A DNA stretch of 63,480 bases, counting the filler, from Octopus bimaculoides (taxonomy: Eukaryota), in NCBI RefSeq assembly GCF_001194135.2. It is 7 parts of 5 records of this genome, joined end to end, with 100 filler letters (N's around TTAATTAATTAA, not from the genome) between each part and the next. Parts side by side here need not be neighbours in the genome. Positions count along the whole stretch, not along the records: positions 1 to 28,895 come from NC_068990.1; 6 more parts are not named here. One strand, 5' to 3'. Positions 1 through 12,721 of the stretch are shown here, piece by piece. Position 1 is the stretch's first letter. Every line of letters starts with the position of its first letter. The notes below the pieces were generated by a model that was not told where the DNA came from, made no database searches, and saw only the letters and a list, made by a program, of their open reading frames with translations. A program made the translations under genes and the position numbers.

Positions 1-300
1 AAAGAGTATAGGGGTGGGTTAGGGAAAATGGGGTGGGTGGTGGGATCGAACTGGAGGCGACGGAAGGCCCGTAGGATCCTCCGACGAAGGGGTAGGGTGG
101 CAGGGTGGAAACGGAGTGGGAAGGGGGTACGGTTAGAGGATTGGTGTGGGGGAGGAGAGAGGGCGGTGATGCGGTCGATTCGACGAGCGCGGGCGAGGGC
201 GGATTGGATAAGGTGGGAGGGAGTATTTATACACAGAGAGGCAACCCTTTACAGAGTGCCTTACTTGTTAGATAGGGCAGCCAAACCCAAACCACGAAAA
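1..300 (-). mobile_element. Penelope-like element fragment (RT thumb / linker to GIY-YIG)
   Basis: Minus translation ...LIQSALARARRIDRITAL...PFPLRFHPATLPLRRRILRAFRRLQFDPTTHPIFPNPP resembles the PLE C-terminal RT region. CpGs intact. Runs off the window. Confidence 0.6.
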
Positions 301-422
301 AAGTAATTCCAAAGAGAATGGAAACATTATTTACAGTTAATCCCAAACTCATTTCTGTATTAATGAACAAATAAATTAATTTGTCATCTGTACTTCATCA
401 GTGGGATCATCTAAGACAATGA

Positions 423-3226
423 ATGCATCTCACTGATAAAGAGAATGAATGGGAGAAAGAGAGCCTGCCGTATGTCGACCCAACAGAGGGACCAGCGATT
501 CGAGTTGACAGTACCATGGTACATAAAGCTATTGAGACTATGAAGACAGGGAAAGTCCCTGGCCCTTCAGGAATCACTGCAGAGATGCTCAAAATATCTG
601 GCAGTGTTGGCTATAGCCTAGTCACCCGTATTGTTAACCAGGTGATACATGAAGGAGTCATACCCAATGACTGGTGTAGCAGCACCATAGTCAAATGCTA
701 CAAAGGTAAAGGTGACGCTTTAGATACAAATAATTACAGAGGTATCAAGTTGTTAGATCAGGTAATGAAAGTCACGGAGAGGGTCATAGCCCAACTAATT
801 ACGGAGAGAGTCAGTTTAGATGAGATGCAGTTTGGGTTCGTGCCAGGGAAAAGCACCACTGATGCTATATTTTTGGTAAGGCAGCTGCAGGAGAAATACC
901 TAGCCAAAGATAAACCTCTGTACCTGGCTTTCGTTGATATGGAGAAGGCCTTTGACAGGGTCCCCCGATCCCTTATCTGGTGGTNNNNNNNNNNNNNNNN
1001 NNNNNNNNNNNNNNNNNNNNNNNNNNNNNNNNNNNNNNNNNNNNNNNNNNNNNNNNNNNNNNNNNNNNNNNNNNNNNNNNNNNNNNNNNNNNNNNNNNNN
1101 NNNNNNNNNNNNNNNNNNNNNNNNNNNNNNNNNNNNNNNNNNNNNNNNNNNNNNNNNNNNNNNNNNNNNNNNNNNNNNNNNNNNNNNNNNNNNNNNNNNN
1201 NNNNNNNNNNNNNNNNNNNNNNNNNNNNNNNNNNNNNNNNNNNNNNNNNNNNNNNNNNNNNNNNNNNNNNNNNNNNNNNNNNNNNNNNNNNNNNNNNNNN
1301 NNNNNNNNNNNNNNNNNNNNNNNNNNNNNNNNNNNNNNNNNNNNNNNNNNNNNNNNNNNNNNNNNNNNNNNNNNNNNNNNNNNNNNNNNNNNNNNNNNNN
1401 NNNNNNNNNNNNNNNNNNNNNNNNNNNNNNNNNNNNNNNNNNNNNNNNNNNNNNNNNNNNNNNNNNNNNNNNNNNNNNNNNNNNNNNNNNNNNNNNNNNN
1501 NNNNNNNNNNNNNNNNNNNNNNNNNNNNNNNNNNNNNNNNNNNNNNNNNNNNNNNNNNNNNNNNNNNNNNNNNNNNNNNNNNNNNNNNNNNNNNNNNNNN
1601 NNNNNNNNNNNNNNNNNNNNNNNNNNNNNNNNNNNNNNNNNNNNNNNNNNNNNNNNNNNNNNNNNNNNNNNNNNNNNNNNNNNNNNNNNNNNNNNNNNNN
1701 NNNNNNNNNNNNNNNNNNNNNNNNNNNNAACATGGGCCGTGACTGCTGAGGACATGCGTAGGCTCACAAGGAATGAAGCCAGTATGCTCCGATGGATGTG
1801 TAATATCAGTGTGCATACTAGACAGAGTATTAGTACCTTGAGAGAAAAGTTGAACTTACGAAGCATCAGTTGTGGTGTGCAAGAGAGACGACTGCGCAGG
1901 TATGGTCATGTAGCGAGAATGGATGACGATAGCTGTATGAAAAAGTGCCACACCCTAGTAGTGGAGGGAACCTGTGGAAGAGGTAGGCCCAGGAAGACCT
2001 GGGATGAGGTGGTGAGGCACGACATTTGAACATTGGACCTCACCGAGGCGATGACTTCTGACCGAGACCTTTGGAAATATGCTGTGCGTGAGAAGACCCA
2101 GCAAGCCAAGTGAGACCTAAATCTAAGGCCTCAGCCAGTCCACTTATGCATACCTTCCTTCATTGGACACTAAACTCCACTTGCGAAGACCTGTTGAGGC
2201 AAGTGAAATCGAAATCGAGATCGAGTTAAATTTGACAACCGGCACCCATGCCAACGTCGACTCCTTCATTGGGACACGAAACTCAGCTTGCGAAGACATA
2301 TTGGGGAAAATGAAATCGAAACCGTGATGGCACCTGTGCCCAGCGTCGCCTTTCTGGCACTTGTGCCCGCGGCATGTGTAAGGACTTTCAAGCGAGATCG
2401 TTGCCAGTGCCCCTGGACTGGTTCTTGTGCGGGTGGCACATGAAATACACCATTTTGAGCGTGGCCGTTGCCAGTACCGCCTGACTGGCCTTCGTGCCGA
2501 TGGCACGTAAAAGCATCCACTACACTCTCTGAGTGGTTGGCATTTAGGAAGGGCATCTAGCTGTAGAAACTCTGCCAAATGCTGTGCATGAGAAGACCCA
2601 GCAAGCCAAGTGAGACCTAAATCTAAGGCCTCAGCCAGTCCTCTTAGGCGTACCTTCCTTCACTGGACACTAAACTCCAGTTGCGAAGACCTGTTGATGC
2701 AAGTGAAATCGAAATCGAGTTAAATTGGACACTAAACTCCACTTGCGAAGACCTGTTGAGGCAAGTGAATCAAAATCGAGTTAAATTCGACGACTGGCAC
2801 CCATGCCAACATTGTCTCCTTCATTGGACATGAAACTCAGCTTGCAAAGACTTACTGAGGCAAGCGAAAGCGAAATTGTGATGGAACCTGTGCCTAGCAT
2901 CGCCTCTCTGGCACTTGTGCCTGCGGCATGTGTAAGGACTTTCGAGCGAGGTCGTTGCCAGTGCCCCTAGACTGGCTCTTGTGCAGGTGGCACATAAAAT
3001 ACACCATTTTGAGCGTGGCCTTTGCCAGTACCGCCTGACTGGCCTTCGTGCCGGTGGCACGTAAAAGCACCCACTACACTCTCTGAGTGGTTGGCGTTAG
3101 GAAGGGCATCCAGCTGTAGAAACTCTGCCAATTCAGATTGGAGCCTGGTGTAGCCATCTGGTTTCACCAGTCCTCAGTCAAATCGTCCAACCCATGCTTG
3201 CATGGAAAGCGATGATGATGATGATG
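423..3226 (+). mobile_element. RTE-clade LINE, 5'-truncated: RT ORF, gap 985-1728, 3'UTR and (GAT)n tail
   Basis: KTGKVPGPSGITAEMLK, NYRGIKLL, QFGFVPGKSTTDAIF, LAFVDMEKAFDRVPR; C-terminal RLRRYGHVARM...GRGRPRKTW; 3'UTR motif ggcgttaggaagggcatccagc; ends in gatgatgat at ~3210-3226. Confidence 0.92.
2081..3127 (+). repeat. Tandem duplication of the RTE 3'UTR, 500-bp period
   Basis: gctgtgc[g/a]tgagaagacccagcaagccaagtgagacctaaatctaagg starts at both 2081 and 2581. Each copy has internal ~60-70 bp subrepeats. Confidence 0.9.
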
Positions 3227-3459
3227 ATATATATATACATACACATATATTGAAGATGAAGTAGATGCTATGTAACTTTTTGTAACCTTGAAGGACCACA
3301 AAGACATTTTTATGCAAAACCATAGCTGTAGAATGAAAAATCACACAACAAAGCGAAACAGGTATTATCAGCAAATCTAAAGATAACATCATACAACAAA
3401 TCAGAGCATCCTCAAACCTTACTTAATGGATATGTAGTTGTGCAAGCATCAAATCATCA

Positions 3460-5640
3460 TGACCATCATTTAACGTCTGTTTTCCAAGCTGGAATGGGTA
3501 AGATGGCTTACTTTCTACAGTTGGATGCCGTTCCTAATGCCAACCACTTTAGAGTGTACTGGGTGCTTTTCATGTGGCAGCAGCAGCACTAGTGCTTTTT
3601 ATGTGGCACCAGCATCAATGCTTTTTATGTAGCACCAACACCAGTGCTTTTTACGTGATACCAGCGCCAAAGCTTTTTACATGGCACCCTGGTTTTGGAG
3701 ATCAATTCTATTGTGGCAAGTGGATCTTCCTGAGTACAGCAATGTGCTACACATTACAGTTTTTGCCATCTTCATGAGGCTTAGTGTTTTGAGATCGGCC
3801 TTCACTACTTCATTCTATGTCTTCCTTTATCTCTCTCTTCCACAACTTCTCTCCACTTTAAGTGATCGAGACTTCTTCATGCAACTGTCCTCATCCATCC
3901 ACATCACATGGCTGAACCAGTGCAGTCTTCTCTCTTGTACACTGCATATAATTCTTCTTATGCTCAACTTTTTTCTCAATATACTAGTGCTCCATCACAC
4001 ATGTATAGTGATATTGCACATCCAGTGGAGCATACAAGCTTTATTCCTTACTAGTCTTCACATGTCCTTTGCATTCAGGACCCATGTTTCACTACCATGT
4101 AGCATTGCAGTTTGTAGACATGCATAATACAATTTTCCTTCCACTGGGGTGGGGGGGAGACCTTTGACTGTCAACTGAGGTAAAAGCTCTCTGAACTTTC
4201 TCCATCCTATTCTTATTCTAGTAATTAAACTTTTGGTACATCCTCTTCCACTGCTAATTAGGTTGCACATTACCAGAGAGCCTCCAGGACATTTGAGGAA
4301 ATCAGTTTCCTGTGTATCTGTAGACTTTATAGCACCTGTACATCTTCCACATACAAACATTACTTTCTCTGTCAATCTTCCTGCTATTTCACTTGCACCT
4401 CTTGTGTGTCCATAGTTTGCATTGGGTACACTGGATGAAATTTTTGCCTACACCCTTCCTACATACCAAGCAAGGCCATTTACATGAAGTGAGTAGGGTC
4501 CTGTCAGATTTCTTGCTTACTAGGACCTAGGACTTTGATAAGTTAACTTTAAGACCCTTTGATTTTAGATTTTGTTTCAACACATGGAATTTCTTTTCTA
4601 ATTCTGTTACAGATTCTGCAAAGAAGGCAAGATCATGAGCATATAATAGTTCCCATGGACTTCCAATCTTAAATTTTTTTTGTTATGGGCTGGAGGAAGA
4701 TGACAAATAGGAGAGGACTAAGAACTGAACCACAATTAATGCCTACCAGTACACTAGATTGGTCACTGCAGTTGTGTCTAATTCTTACCCTGTAATGTCC
4801 TATACAGCTTTCAAAAGCCATTCATGTACCCCTACCTTCCTCAGAGACCATCATATCACAGAGCAAGGAACTCTGTCAAATCTATGGTGCTTCTCCACAG
4901 AACAAAGTCAAACTGCATCTCACCTAGTCTAATTCTGTCCCTAATTAATTTATGCTATAACTCTCTCCACAACTTTTATCCCCTGGTCCAGGAATTTGAT
5001 GCCTCTATAACTACTTCTATTTGACACATCTCCCTTGTCTTTTTAGCAGCTCACTATGATGCAGCTACACCAGTCACTGGGGATTAATGCACCTTCCAGA
5101 ATAACCTGATTAACTATACAGGTGACTAGACTGTATCCAACTCTACCAGATATCTTCTGCATCTCAGCAGTGATTTCTGATAGACCTAGGGCCTTCCCTG
5201 TCTTCATATCTTTAACTGCCTTACCTACCATGTTGCTGTCCATCTATTGGATTCACATGGTGGAGACTCCTTCCACCTATTCATTCTCCACATTTAATAG
5301 CCTTGCATTATAACTCTTCCACATATTTCTTTCCAGGATTGCTAAGAGCAATTCCTCTGTATACACATCTGTCCTGCAGCATCTTGATTCTTTCTAACAC
5401 ACTGCCTAACAATCCGGAACACCTCAAGTCTCTGAAATTCATGCTGTAAGACATAGGCAAACCTCTTCCTTTCTGCTTCTGCCCTAGGTACATAAACTTG
5501 ATACCTAGCTTTTCTTTTAGCTATCTGATATGGTTCTTTGCTACCGCCACTCTTCCACTCTTTCCAAACCCATCTCTTCACTCTTAGAGCCCTGTCGACC
5601 ACACTATTCCACCACAATGTCACCCTTTGTCTAGTAGAAG
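3460..5640 (-). mobile_element. Decayed RTE LINE (3' tail plus RT fragments)
   Basis: Reverse-complement tail at 3460-3720; minus ORF pieces RIRIGWRKFRELLP, AMLHGSETW, KTGKALGLSEITAEM; many stops and frameshifts. Confidence 0.85.
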
Positions 5641-5669
5641 CTTTGCTCCAACCAGAGATTTGGTCAGTT

Positions 5670-6620
5670 GCCCTCAGTAGATTGTCTCAAGTGAATGGTC
5701 CAAGAAAATTGAAGATAAGCCCAAATGCAAATTCATCCAGTTCGATATTGTCGAGTTTTACTCCTTGATCTTCAAACCAAAAGGCACTCAAATTTAGTAA
5801 AACATATACAACAGACACTAACATCAATATAGTCATTGCTTTTTCATAATACCTACTGGGTGAATAGAATGGGGATGAGTTATTTGATGTCACTATAGGG
5901 AGATATGATAGAGCAAAGATAGTGGATCTAAGCCTTTACATCCTACATGCTTTTAAAAACAAAATAAAAGAAGCCAATATAGGATTATATTGTGATATAT
6001 ATATATTATGTACTATTATTAATACATAATAAAAAAAATGGACATGATATGGATAGAAAAATATACAAAATATTTAGTTGACCTAAAAAATTTCAATTAA
6101 CACAAACCTTAAAGAAGTTAGTTTCCTAGATATTAATATGAATCTTAGCACAGGCAAATTTAAACCCTCCCATAAACCAAATGAAGACACGTCCTACATT
6201 GACAGAGGCTCTAACCATCCAGTGTCAATAATCGGACAATTAGTTAATAGTGTTAGTAGGCATATTTCCAACCTATCTGCCAATAAAGCTACTTTCAAAA
6301 AAAGTAGCCCTATATTATAATGCCACATTAGAAAGGTCCAATTTTAAGAATTGTATAACCTATATTGAATCAAATATAGATAGACAATAAAAGATATAGA
6401 CAGAGAAAAACATTATGGTATAATACCCCATACAGCATGAATATAGCTACAAATATAGCTAGAAAATTTCTGTAACACAAAGACACCCACTTCTGACACT
6501 CACATAAATAACACAAGATCTTCAATAGATGTACAGTTAAAGTTAGCTATAGTTGCTTTAACGCAAAGATCAATGATTTTCAATCACAAAAATAACAACA
6601 TTAATATCAATCAATGCTAA
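5670..6620 (+). mobile_element. Penelope-like RT fragments
   Basis: EWSKKIEDKPKCKFIQFDIVEFY (5690-5760); FLDINMNLSTGKFKPSHKPN...SNHP (6120-6320). Confidence 0.75.
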
Positions 6621-6699
6621 CATACTTATATATTTAGCTTTAAGATTCTGTTGCTTGCCTAGTGTACCAGTGTTATTATTCTTGTTCTTAGTTGTCTTA

Positions 6700-7200
6700 T
6701 TTATATTAAACTTCTAATTGTATTTACTCTTATAGCACACCCTATGAAAACTAATCAGATTCATTACACAATCATTATTGGGTAGCTTTATAAGTGGTAA
6801 GATTAGGGACATAGTAAATTTTTTCTTTATATCCAGCTTCAGATAAAGAGTGGGATATTTTTAACAATAAAGTTAATGATATTTTTAGAATGATTAGAAT
6901 TTTTACTTACATACCTTGAGTATTCACTCAGTTTGTGGTATGGTTGGCATAGTCTTGCGCTCAAGTTAAAGATAACATCCAGGAAGTTAATTCTGCTATA
7001 TTCATTTTCAAAGAGATAGACAAACTAAGACTATTAAATGATCTAAAGAATTTTACAGGACCTTACTAGATCTATAGATAGTAAAAAGAGCACCATCCCT
7101 ATATAATCTTCCCCCTGATGCAAGAAATCCACTATGTATACAATTAAGAATACAAATCTCCACTAAGTCTAGTTTTTTCAGCTGTGTATTTTTGTACCTG
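6700..7200 (-). mobile_element. Penelope-like RT fragment, opposite orientation
   Basis: Minus translation contains LVEICILN...GRLYRDG (GLYRDDGL-like) and FLDVIFNLSARLCQPYHK. Confidence 0.65.
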
Positions 7201-7229
7201 GTTTCCACTTACTACATACATACGTAAAG

Positions 7230-7590
7230 TTCCCATCTATGTTTTAACATCATCTCCTTTGAAATAGTCACCTTGCAATCCTGCCACTTTTAGTCCCAGT
7301 GTTCCTTCCCCATTTAGATTCTTATGGAAAAGTAATTTTTCATAAGCAAGTCAAGGACCTTCTGCGATTCACTCTGGATCTTGACAATGGTGTTAAAATG
7401 GTGACCTTTGAGTTGCATTTTCATCTTGGGGAATGGACAGAAGCCGGCAGGTGCTAGATATAATGATGATGTAGCAGAGGCTCAATTACTCTTGACCTTT
7501 AGCTACCCATATTGTGGCTTCTTTCTTTTAGCTACCTATTTTTGGTTCATCATGTGATGGTCCAGTCCACTTAACTTTACTTGGACTGTC
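7230..7590 (-). mobile_element. mariner-like transposase C-terminal relic
   Basis: Minus translation DLAPAGFCPFPKMKMQLKGHHFNTIVKIQSESQKVLD matches the mariner PDLAPxDF.LF motif region. Confidence 0.7.
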
Positions 7591-7679
7591 CACCCCTTAA
7601 CACGATGGACTCACCTAGCATCCCTATGTCAGCTATTTAAAGGACTATTTTCCCCGCTAATTCTTAGGAAAGTGAGTTT

Positions 7680-8027
7680 TGCTATGAGCAATTTTGGATC
7701 TTTGATGTGAGAGCAGTTTGATTCCACTATGCAGCTTCAGCCTGAACAGAATTGTAACCAGAATCCTTGACGCTATGTTTAGTGTCTTACCAACATTTTA
7801 AACAGAACTGTAACCAGAATTTTTGATGCTATGCTTCAGGTTTTTCTAACCTTCTATCTTCCATTTTGAATCTATACAATAAATTGACAATTATTAATGT
7901 CCTACCAGTTTGCTGTATATAATTTTAGCAATGGCAGTAAATGTTTCAGTGCAGTCAACTATAACTTGCCTTTGCATAACATTATCAGACCTTGAACCGC
8001 ATTTCATACAGCAACCATCATTGCTAA
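7680..8027 (+). repeat. 5' LTR remnant
   Basis: Direct repeat of 14488-14897 (tgctatgagcaa...caaccatcattgctaa), followed immediately by a PBS-like site. Confidence 0.75.
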
Positions 8028-8031
8028 TAAT

Positions 8032-8049
8032 TAGTGACCCTAACGTGAT
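8032..8049 (+). promoter_or_regulatory. Primer-binding site, tRNA-Trp type (decayed)
   Basis: tagtgaccctaacgtgat vs TGGTGACCCCGACGTGAT (complement of the tRNA-Trp 3' end). Three transitions, two in one CpG. Sits directly 3' of the left LTR. Confidence 0.7.
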
Positions 8050-10243
8050 AGACAACATAGCTATGGAGAATTTTGCAGAAATATCTGACCCAACCATAAA
8101 ACTTTTCATAGAATTATATTCAACCAACTTTAGAACTGCTTTGCAGAAAAAATTCATCCAGCTACCAAAGTAATGCCATTTTCAATCTTAACGTTTTGCC
8201 ACCACTTTAGTGACATAAAAGTTTAAAATATTTTTTAACAGCAAAACTGGTAACATTTGTCAATTCTGGTTTACATGTTATAATATTATTTGGTGTATTG
8301 TGAAAAGTCTTTAAGTCAGAAAACTCCTTTTCAAACCTGTTTTAGCTATTTTTAAAGTTTTCAAGCTACGACTGTGAGACAAAATTTGCACATATCTTTT
8401 ACCCCTTACTACTCCTCCAGTGTTTTTGATAATATCGCTTACATCATGTGCTGGAAATAGCAGTCAAATCAGCCACTCATATTTCCTGAATTAAGTACCC
8501 ACCAAATTTTCATTTTGGTACAATTCACTTTTTGATAATTTACATATCATGGCATATTCTCCAGTATCTTCAATTGCTTCTGAAATTCCTAATACATTAC
8601 CAATGCAAGCTTCCATATCATTTGTTTCTCCACAATTTAATGGTTCTCACAGTTACAGACAATAATATAACTTCTGATGTCAGGCAATCACATTTATTAG
8701 TCAGTGTTTTGCCTCTGGTTATAAGTAGTGAAGTTAAAGATCTCAGTAACAATAACACAGATAACCCATCATATTTCACTTTGAAAGCAGAAATTTTGTG
8801 GTATACAACTTCTTCAAAAGAGAAACAATACCACCAATTAATGTATAATGAGACTCTCAGAGATAAGCGCCCTTCTCAGTTGCTTTGATGGCTGAGGGAT
8901 TTAGCTGGAAGCAATCCCATAGATGAAGATATAGTGAAACAATTATTTTTCACTAGGATTCCCAGTAATGTACAAGCAATTCTGATCACCATCAAGGAGC
9001 TTAACTCCACCCAGCAATGGCTGGTATGGCTGATGAAATCATGGACATTTCTTCTCCAGTTTCACAAGCTTCTGAAAGTTCTGTCATTTCATCATTATTA
9101 ATGGAACTATCTGTTTTCTGAAAGGAATTTGATAACAAGATCCAAAAATTAACTGAACAATTCTCTCATTGCTATCTCCTGTGTTTTCTCCTCACTCAAG
9201 GCAACAAAGTCAATCATCTTCTCGTAACTGTTGTTCCTCCAGAAGTTCATGGCAATATTGTTGGTATCATCAAAAATTTGGAACTCATGCACACAAGTGT
9301 GTATCAACATGTGTTTTTCCTTTTTCAGTTCAACCTCAAGAAAACTTTATTCCCAGGTATTAACTGCGACTACATTCTTGGATAAGTCATCAGAATGTCA
9401 CATCTTTTTCATTCCCAATGCCAACTCTAACCAACAGTTATTAGTTGATAGCGGTGCTGCATGTAGTGTCTAGCCTGCAAGTTTTATTACTTATTTATGC
9501 CAATCAGCCACTATTTCATTAATCATTCATCAATTCTCACCTATGCAGAAAAGTTGTTCACTTTGGACATCAACCTTTGCAGACCATTTCAATGATCTGC
9601 AAACCTTCCATATCCAATTCTTGGTGCTGTCTTCGTACAAACCATTTCCATCTCTTAGTTGAGTTGAGGAATAAGAGACTAATAGATACACAGACTCTTC
9701 TTTCTGCTCAAGGTTCATCTTCCAGAACTGCTACTGTTAGTCCTCTATTTTTTATTCCATTTCCATTTCCTTCAAATGTTTTTCATGAGCTGCTACCAAA
9801 ATGTCCAGAGTCGATCCAAACTGTTTTTCAAAATAGATCTCCATCACACATCATATTCTTACTAAAGGTCCTCCTGTGGTTTCCATTCCTCAGTAACTTG
9901 CCCCAAATAAACTTTAAGTTGTAAAGGATGATTTTCATCACATGCTTGACTGAAGGAAAATTTGCCCTTCTAGTAGTATCTTGTTTGAAAGAAAAATTTG
10001 ACAGCTGGAAACTTTGTTGAGATTATTGTTATTTGAATGCCATGACAGTTCCTGATCATTATTTGATATCTCACTTACATGATTTTTCAACATCTTTTTA
10101 AGGCTGCACCATCTTCTCTAAAATCGATTTGGTGTGAGCTTATAACTAAATTCCTGCTGAACCTTCCAACATACTTAAGACCACCATAACTTTCTCCTTT
10201 TAGCTTTTTTGTATTTGTGCAGATGCTGTTTGGTTTATGGTAA

Positions 10244-10460
10244 CTTCATCATCATTTAGCGTCTGCTTTACATGTTAGCATGGGTTGGACGATTTGACTG
10301 GGGACTGGCGAACCAGATTGCTACACCAGACTCCAATCTGATCTGGCAGAGTTTCTACAGCTGGATGCCCTTCCTAATGCCAACCACTCCGAGAGTGTAG
10401 TGGGTGCTTTTTACGTGCCACTGGCACGAGGGCCAGTCCGGTGGTACTGGCAACGGCCAT
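10244..10460 (-). mobile_element. RTE 3'-tail fragment inserted in the Gypsy RT
   Basis: catcatcatttagcgtctg...gctggatgcccttcctaatgccaaccactc interrupts the RT after the FGL motif. Confidence 0.85.
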
Positions 10461-11660
10461 GGTTGTGGTTTAAATTTTGTCTTCTCTTACACTGATGTAA
10501 CATTTAGCACATTTACAGCAACTTTTCACTCATCTGATGAAATATGGTGTCATTATTAATGCTAGCAGGTGCATGTTCAGTGTCCCTTCTCTCACTTTTC
10601 TAGGACATTCGATTGACAAGGATGGCATATGTCTATTACCAGTGAAAATTGAAGCTATCTGCAATTTCCCTATCCCTACTTCATTATGGAATTTACGCGA
10701 GTTTCTTGGTCTCATTAATTTCAACAGGATATTGATTCCTCAGTGTATGGAGACTATCTGAACTTTTATGAAATTGTAAAAAGAAAAATGAAACTATATC
10801 ATGAGATTCTTTTCACCTACAAGCATTTGAAGATATCAAGAAGTTATCCGGAGTAACACTGTTAGCTCACCCCATTCCTGAAGCACCTTTATCATTAATG
10901 GTTGATAGATCTAATGTAGGGGTAGATGCAGTTCTTCAACAGTTGGTCAGTGGTAACTGGCAACCACTTGCTTTTTTTTTCTCGTTGTTTCAAACCTGCT
11001 GAGTCTAGACATAGTACTTTCAGTAGAGAGTTACTGTCTGCTTATCTCACTGTTAGACATTTCTGACATTTTCTTGAAGAATGCCAGTTCACACTTTTTA
11101 CAGATCACAGACTATTAACATTTCTTTTGAAATTGACATCCAATAAATATTCTTCTAGAGATTTGTGACATCTGGATTTCATTTCTCAGTATACCTTAGA
11201 CATCCAGTATATCAAGGGTGTGGATAATTCTGCAGCTGATGCTTTATCTTGCGTTCATATTAACATTTTGCACACTACTGATTCAATTGATTTGCAACAA
11301 TTAGGTTTGGATCAAGATAACAATCAAGAACTTTCATTTCTCAAATCATCAGATTCTCACTCTTTGGACCTCTGGCTGTTACCATTATTTTCTTCAGATT
11401 CTTCTATCTGGTGTGTTGTATCTACTGGTGTATCTCTGCCTTATGTTCCTAAGGAGCACAGATGATCAGTATTTTCAGTGTTCTATAATTTGTTTCACCC
11501 CGGTAACGGTCAAATTGATTTCTAGTTGTTTTGTTTGGCCCAGTATGTGAAAGGATATTTGACATTGCACATGAACCTGCATTTCATGGCAGAAGACTGA
11601 AGCGCAACATCATATTCAGGCACCTTTGGGTACTTTTGCCACCTCGAATGCATGCTTTAA

Positions 11661-12721
11661 CCCTTTCGTTACCAAACCGCCCGAAAAAAATTTTGGTTCA
11701 TGTGACCAAGCCGCCCGTAATCACCTATTCATATTTAAATGAGAATATCCGAGCAAATCTTGTTAGTACATTCGTGAAAACACGTGATTATACTGCGTAA
11801 ACAGTTCAGCTATAGTTTTGTACGATGATCGACGTGTTTTTTTAGTTTTTTTAATTTTGTGAATTTTGTGAGATTTTTTTCCAAATTTGTAATCCTGACA
11901 AAAAAATGGATACGAATTTTATTCTGTCAAGCAGCGAGTCAGAATTCGAAGGATTTTCGATTGAAGACCTTGATAAATCTAACTCTGTAACCGAAAAAAA
12001 AAAGCACGTGGTATTTGATAATGAATCTGATGTTTCATTTTCCGAAAATGAAAGGAGTGAATCTGTGAGCTCCGATGATAGCGATAAAGAGAATGAATTG
12101 GTACCTGAATGGAGTGAAAATTTAAAAACTCCTTCTTTCAGTGATTTTTCTGAAGAAACTGGACCAAGTCACAGTCTTACCCAGGGGAGTAAAGCTTTAG
12201 ACTATTTCTTTTTGATTTTTCCGATGTACCTATTTGAATTGATTACGGCGGAAACAAACCGTTAAGCTAAATGTAAACAAAGCGTAAAAAAGGATAGTTT
12301 GTGGTTTCCCACAAACTTGAATGAAATTAAAGCATATTTTGCCATAAATATTATTATGGGCATTAGAAAGTTACCCAGAATTACAAATTACTGGAGTAGT
12401 GATGAACCCTTTGGAGATGAATATGTCTCAATGACGAGGACACGGTTTTTAAAATTGACTTAATATCTACATGTAAGAGACACGAGCAGTACACCAGTAC
12501 GTGGAGAACCAGACTTTGATCCCTTATTTAAAATAAGACCCCTCATTGACTGTTCAAAACACATATAAAACAGTTTATAGACCAGGGAGACATTTATCAA
12601 TTGATGAGGGTATGGTGGGCTATAAAGGCCGAGTGTGTTTTTGACAGTATATGCCAGGAAAGCCCACAAAATGGGGGATCAAAGTTTGGAAAATTTGTGA
12701 ATCAAATACTGGGTACTGCTC
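11661..12721 (+). mobile_element. piggyBac DNA transposon (left end plus disrupted transposase); right end hidden in gap 12722-13664
   Basis: TTAA (11657-11660) followed by CCCTTT terminus; 13-bp subterminal repeat accaa[a/g]ccgcccg at 11671 and 11705; ORF from ATG 11906 with LDYFFLIF...AETNR, IIMGIRKLP, IDEGMVGYKGR, YMPGKPTKWGIKVW (PGBD-type DDE). In-frame stops present. Confidence 0.92.

Noticed and set aside
11-45. G-quadruplex-like G-runs including gggttaggg
   Set aside because: Falls within the Penelope-like coding fragment (Pro-rich on minus). One telomere-like unit is not significant.
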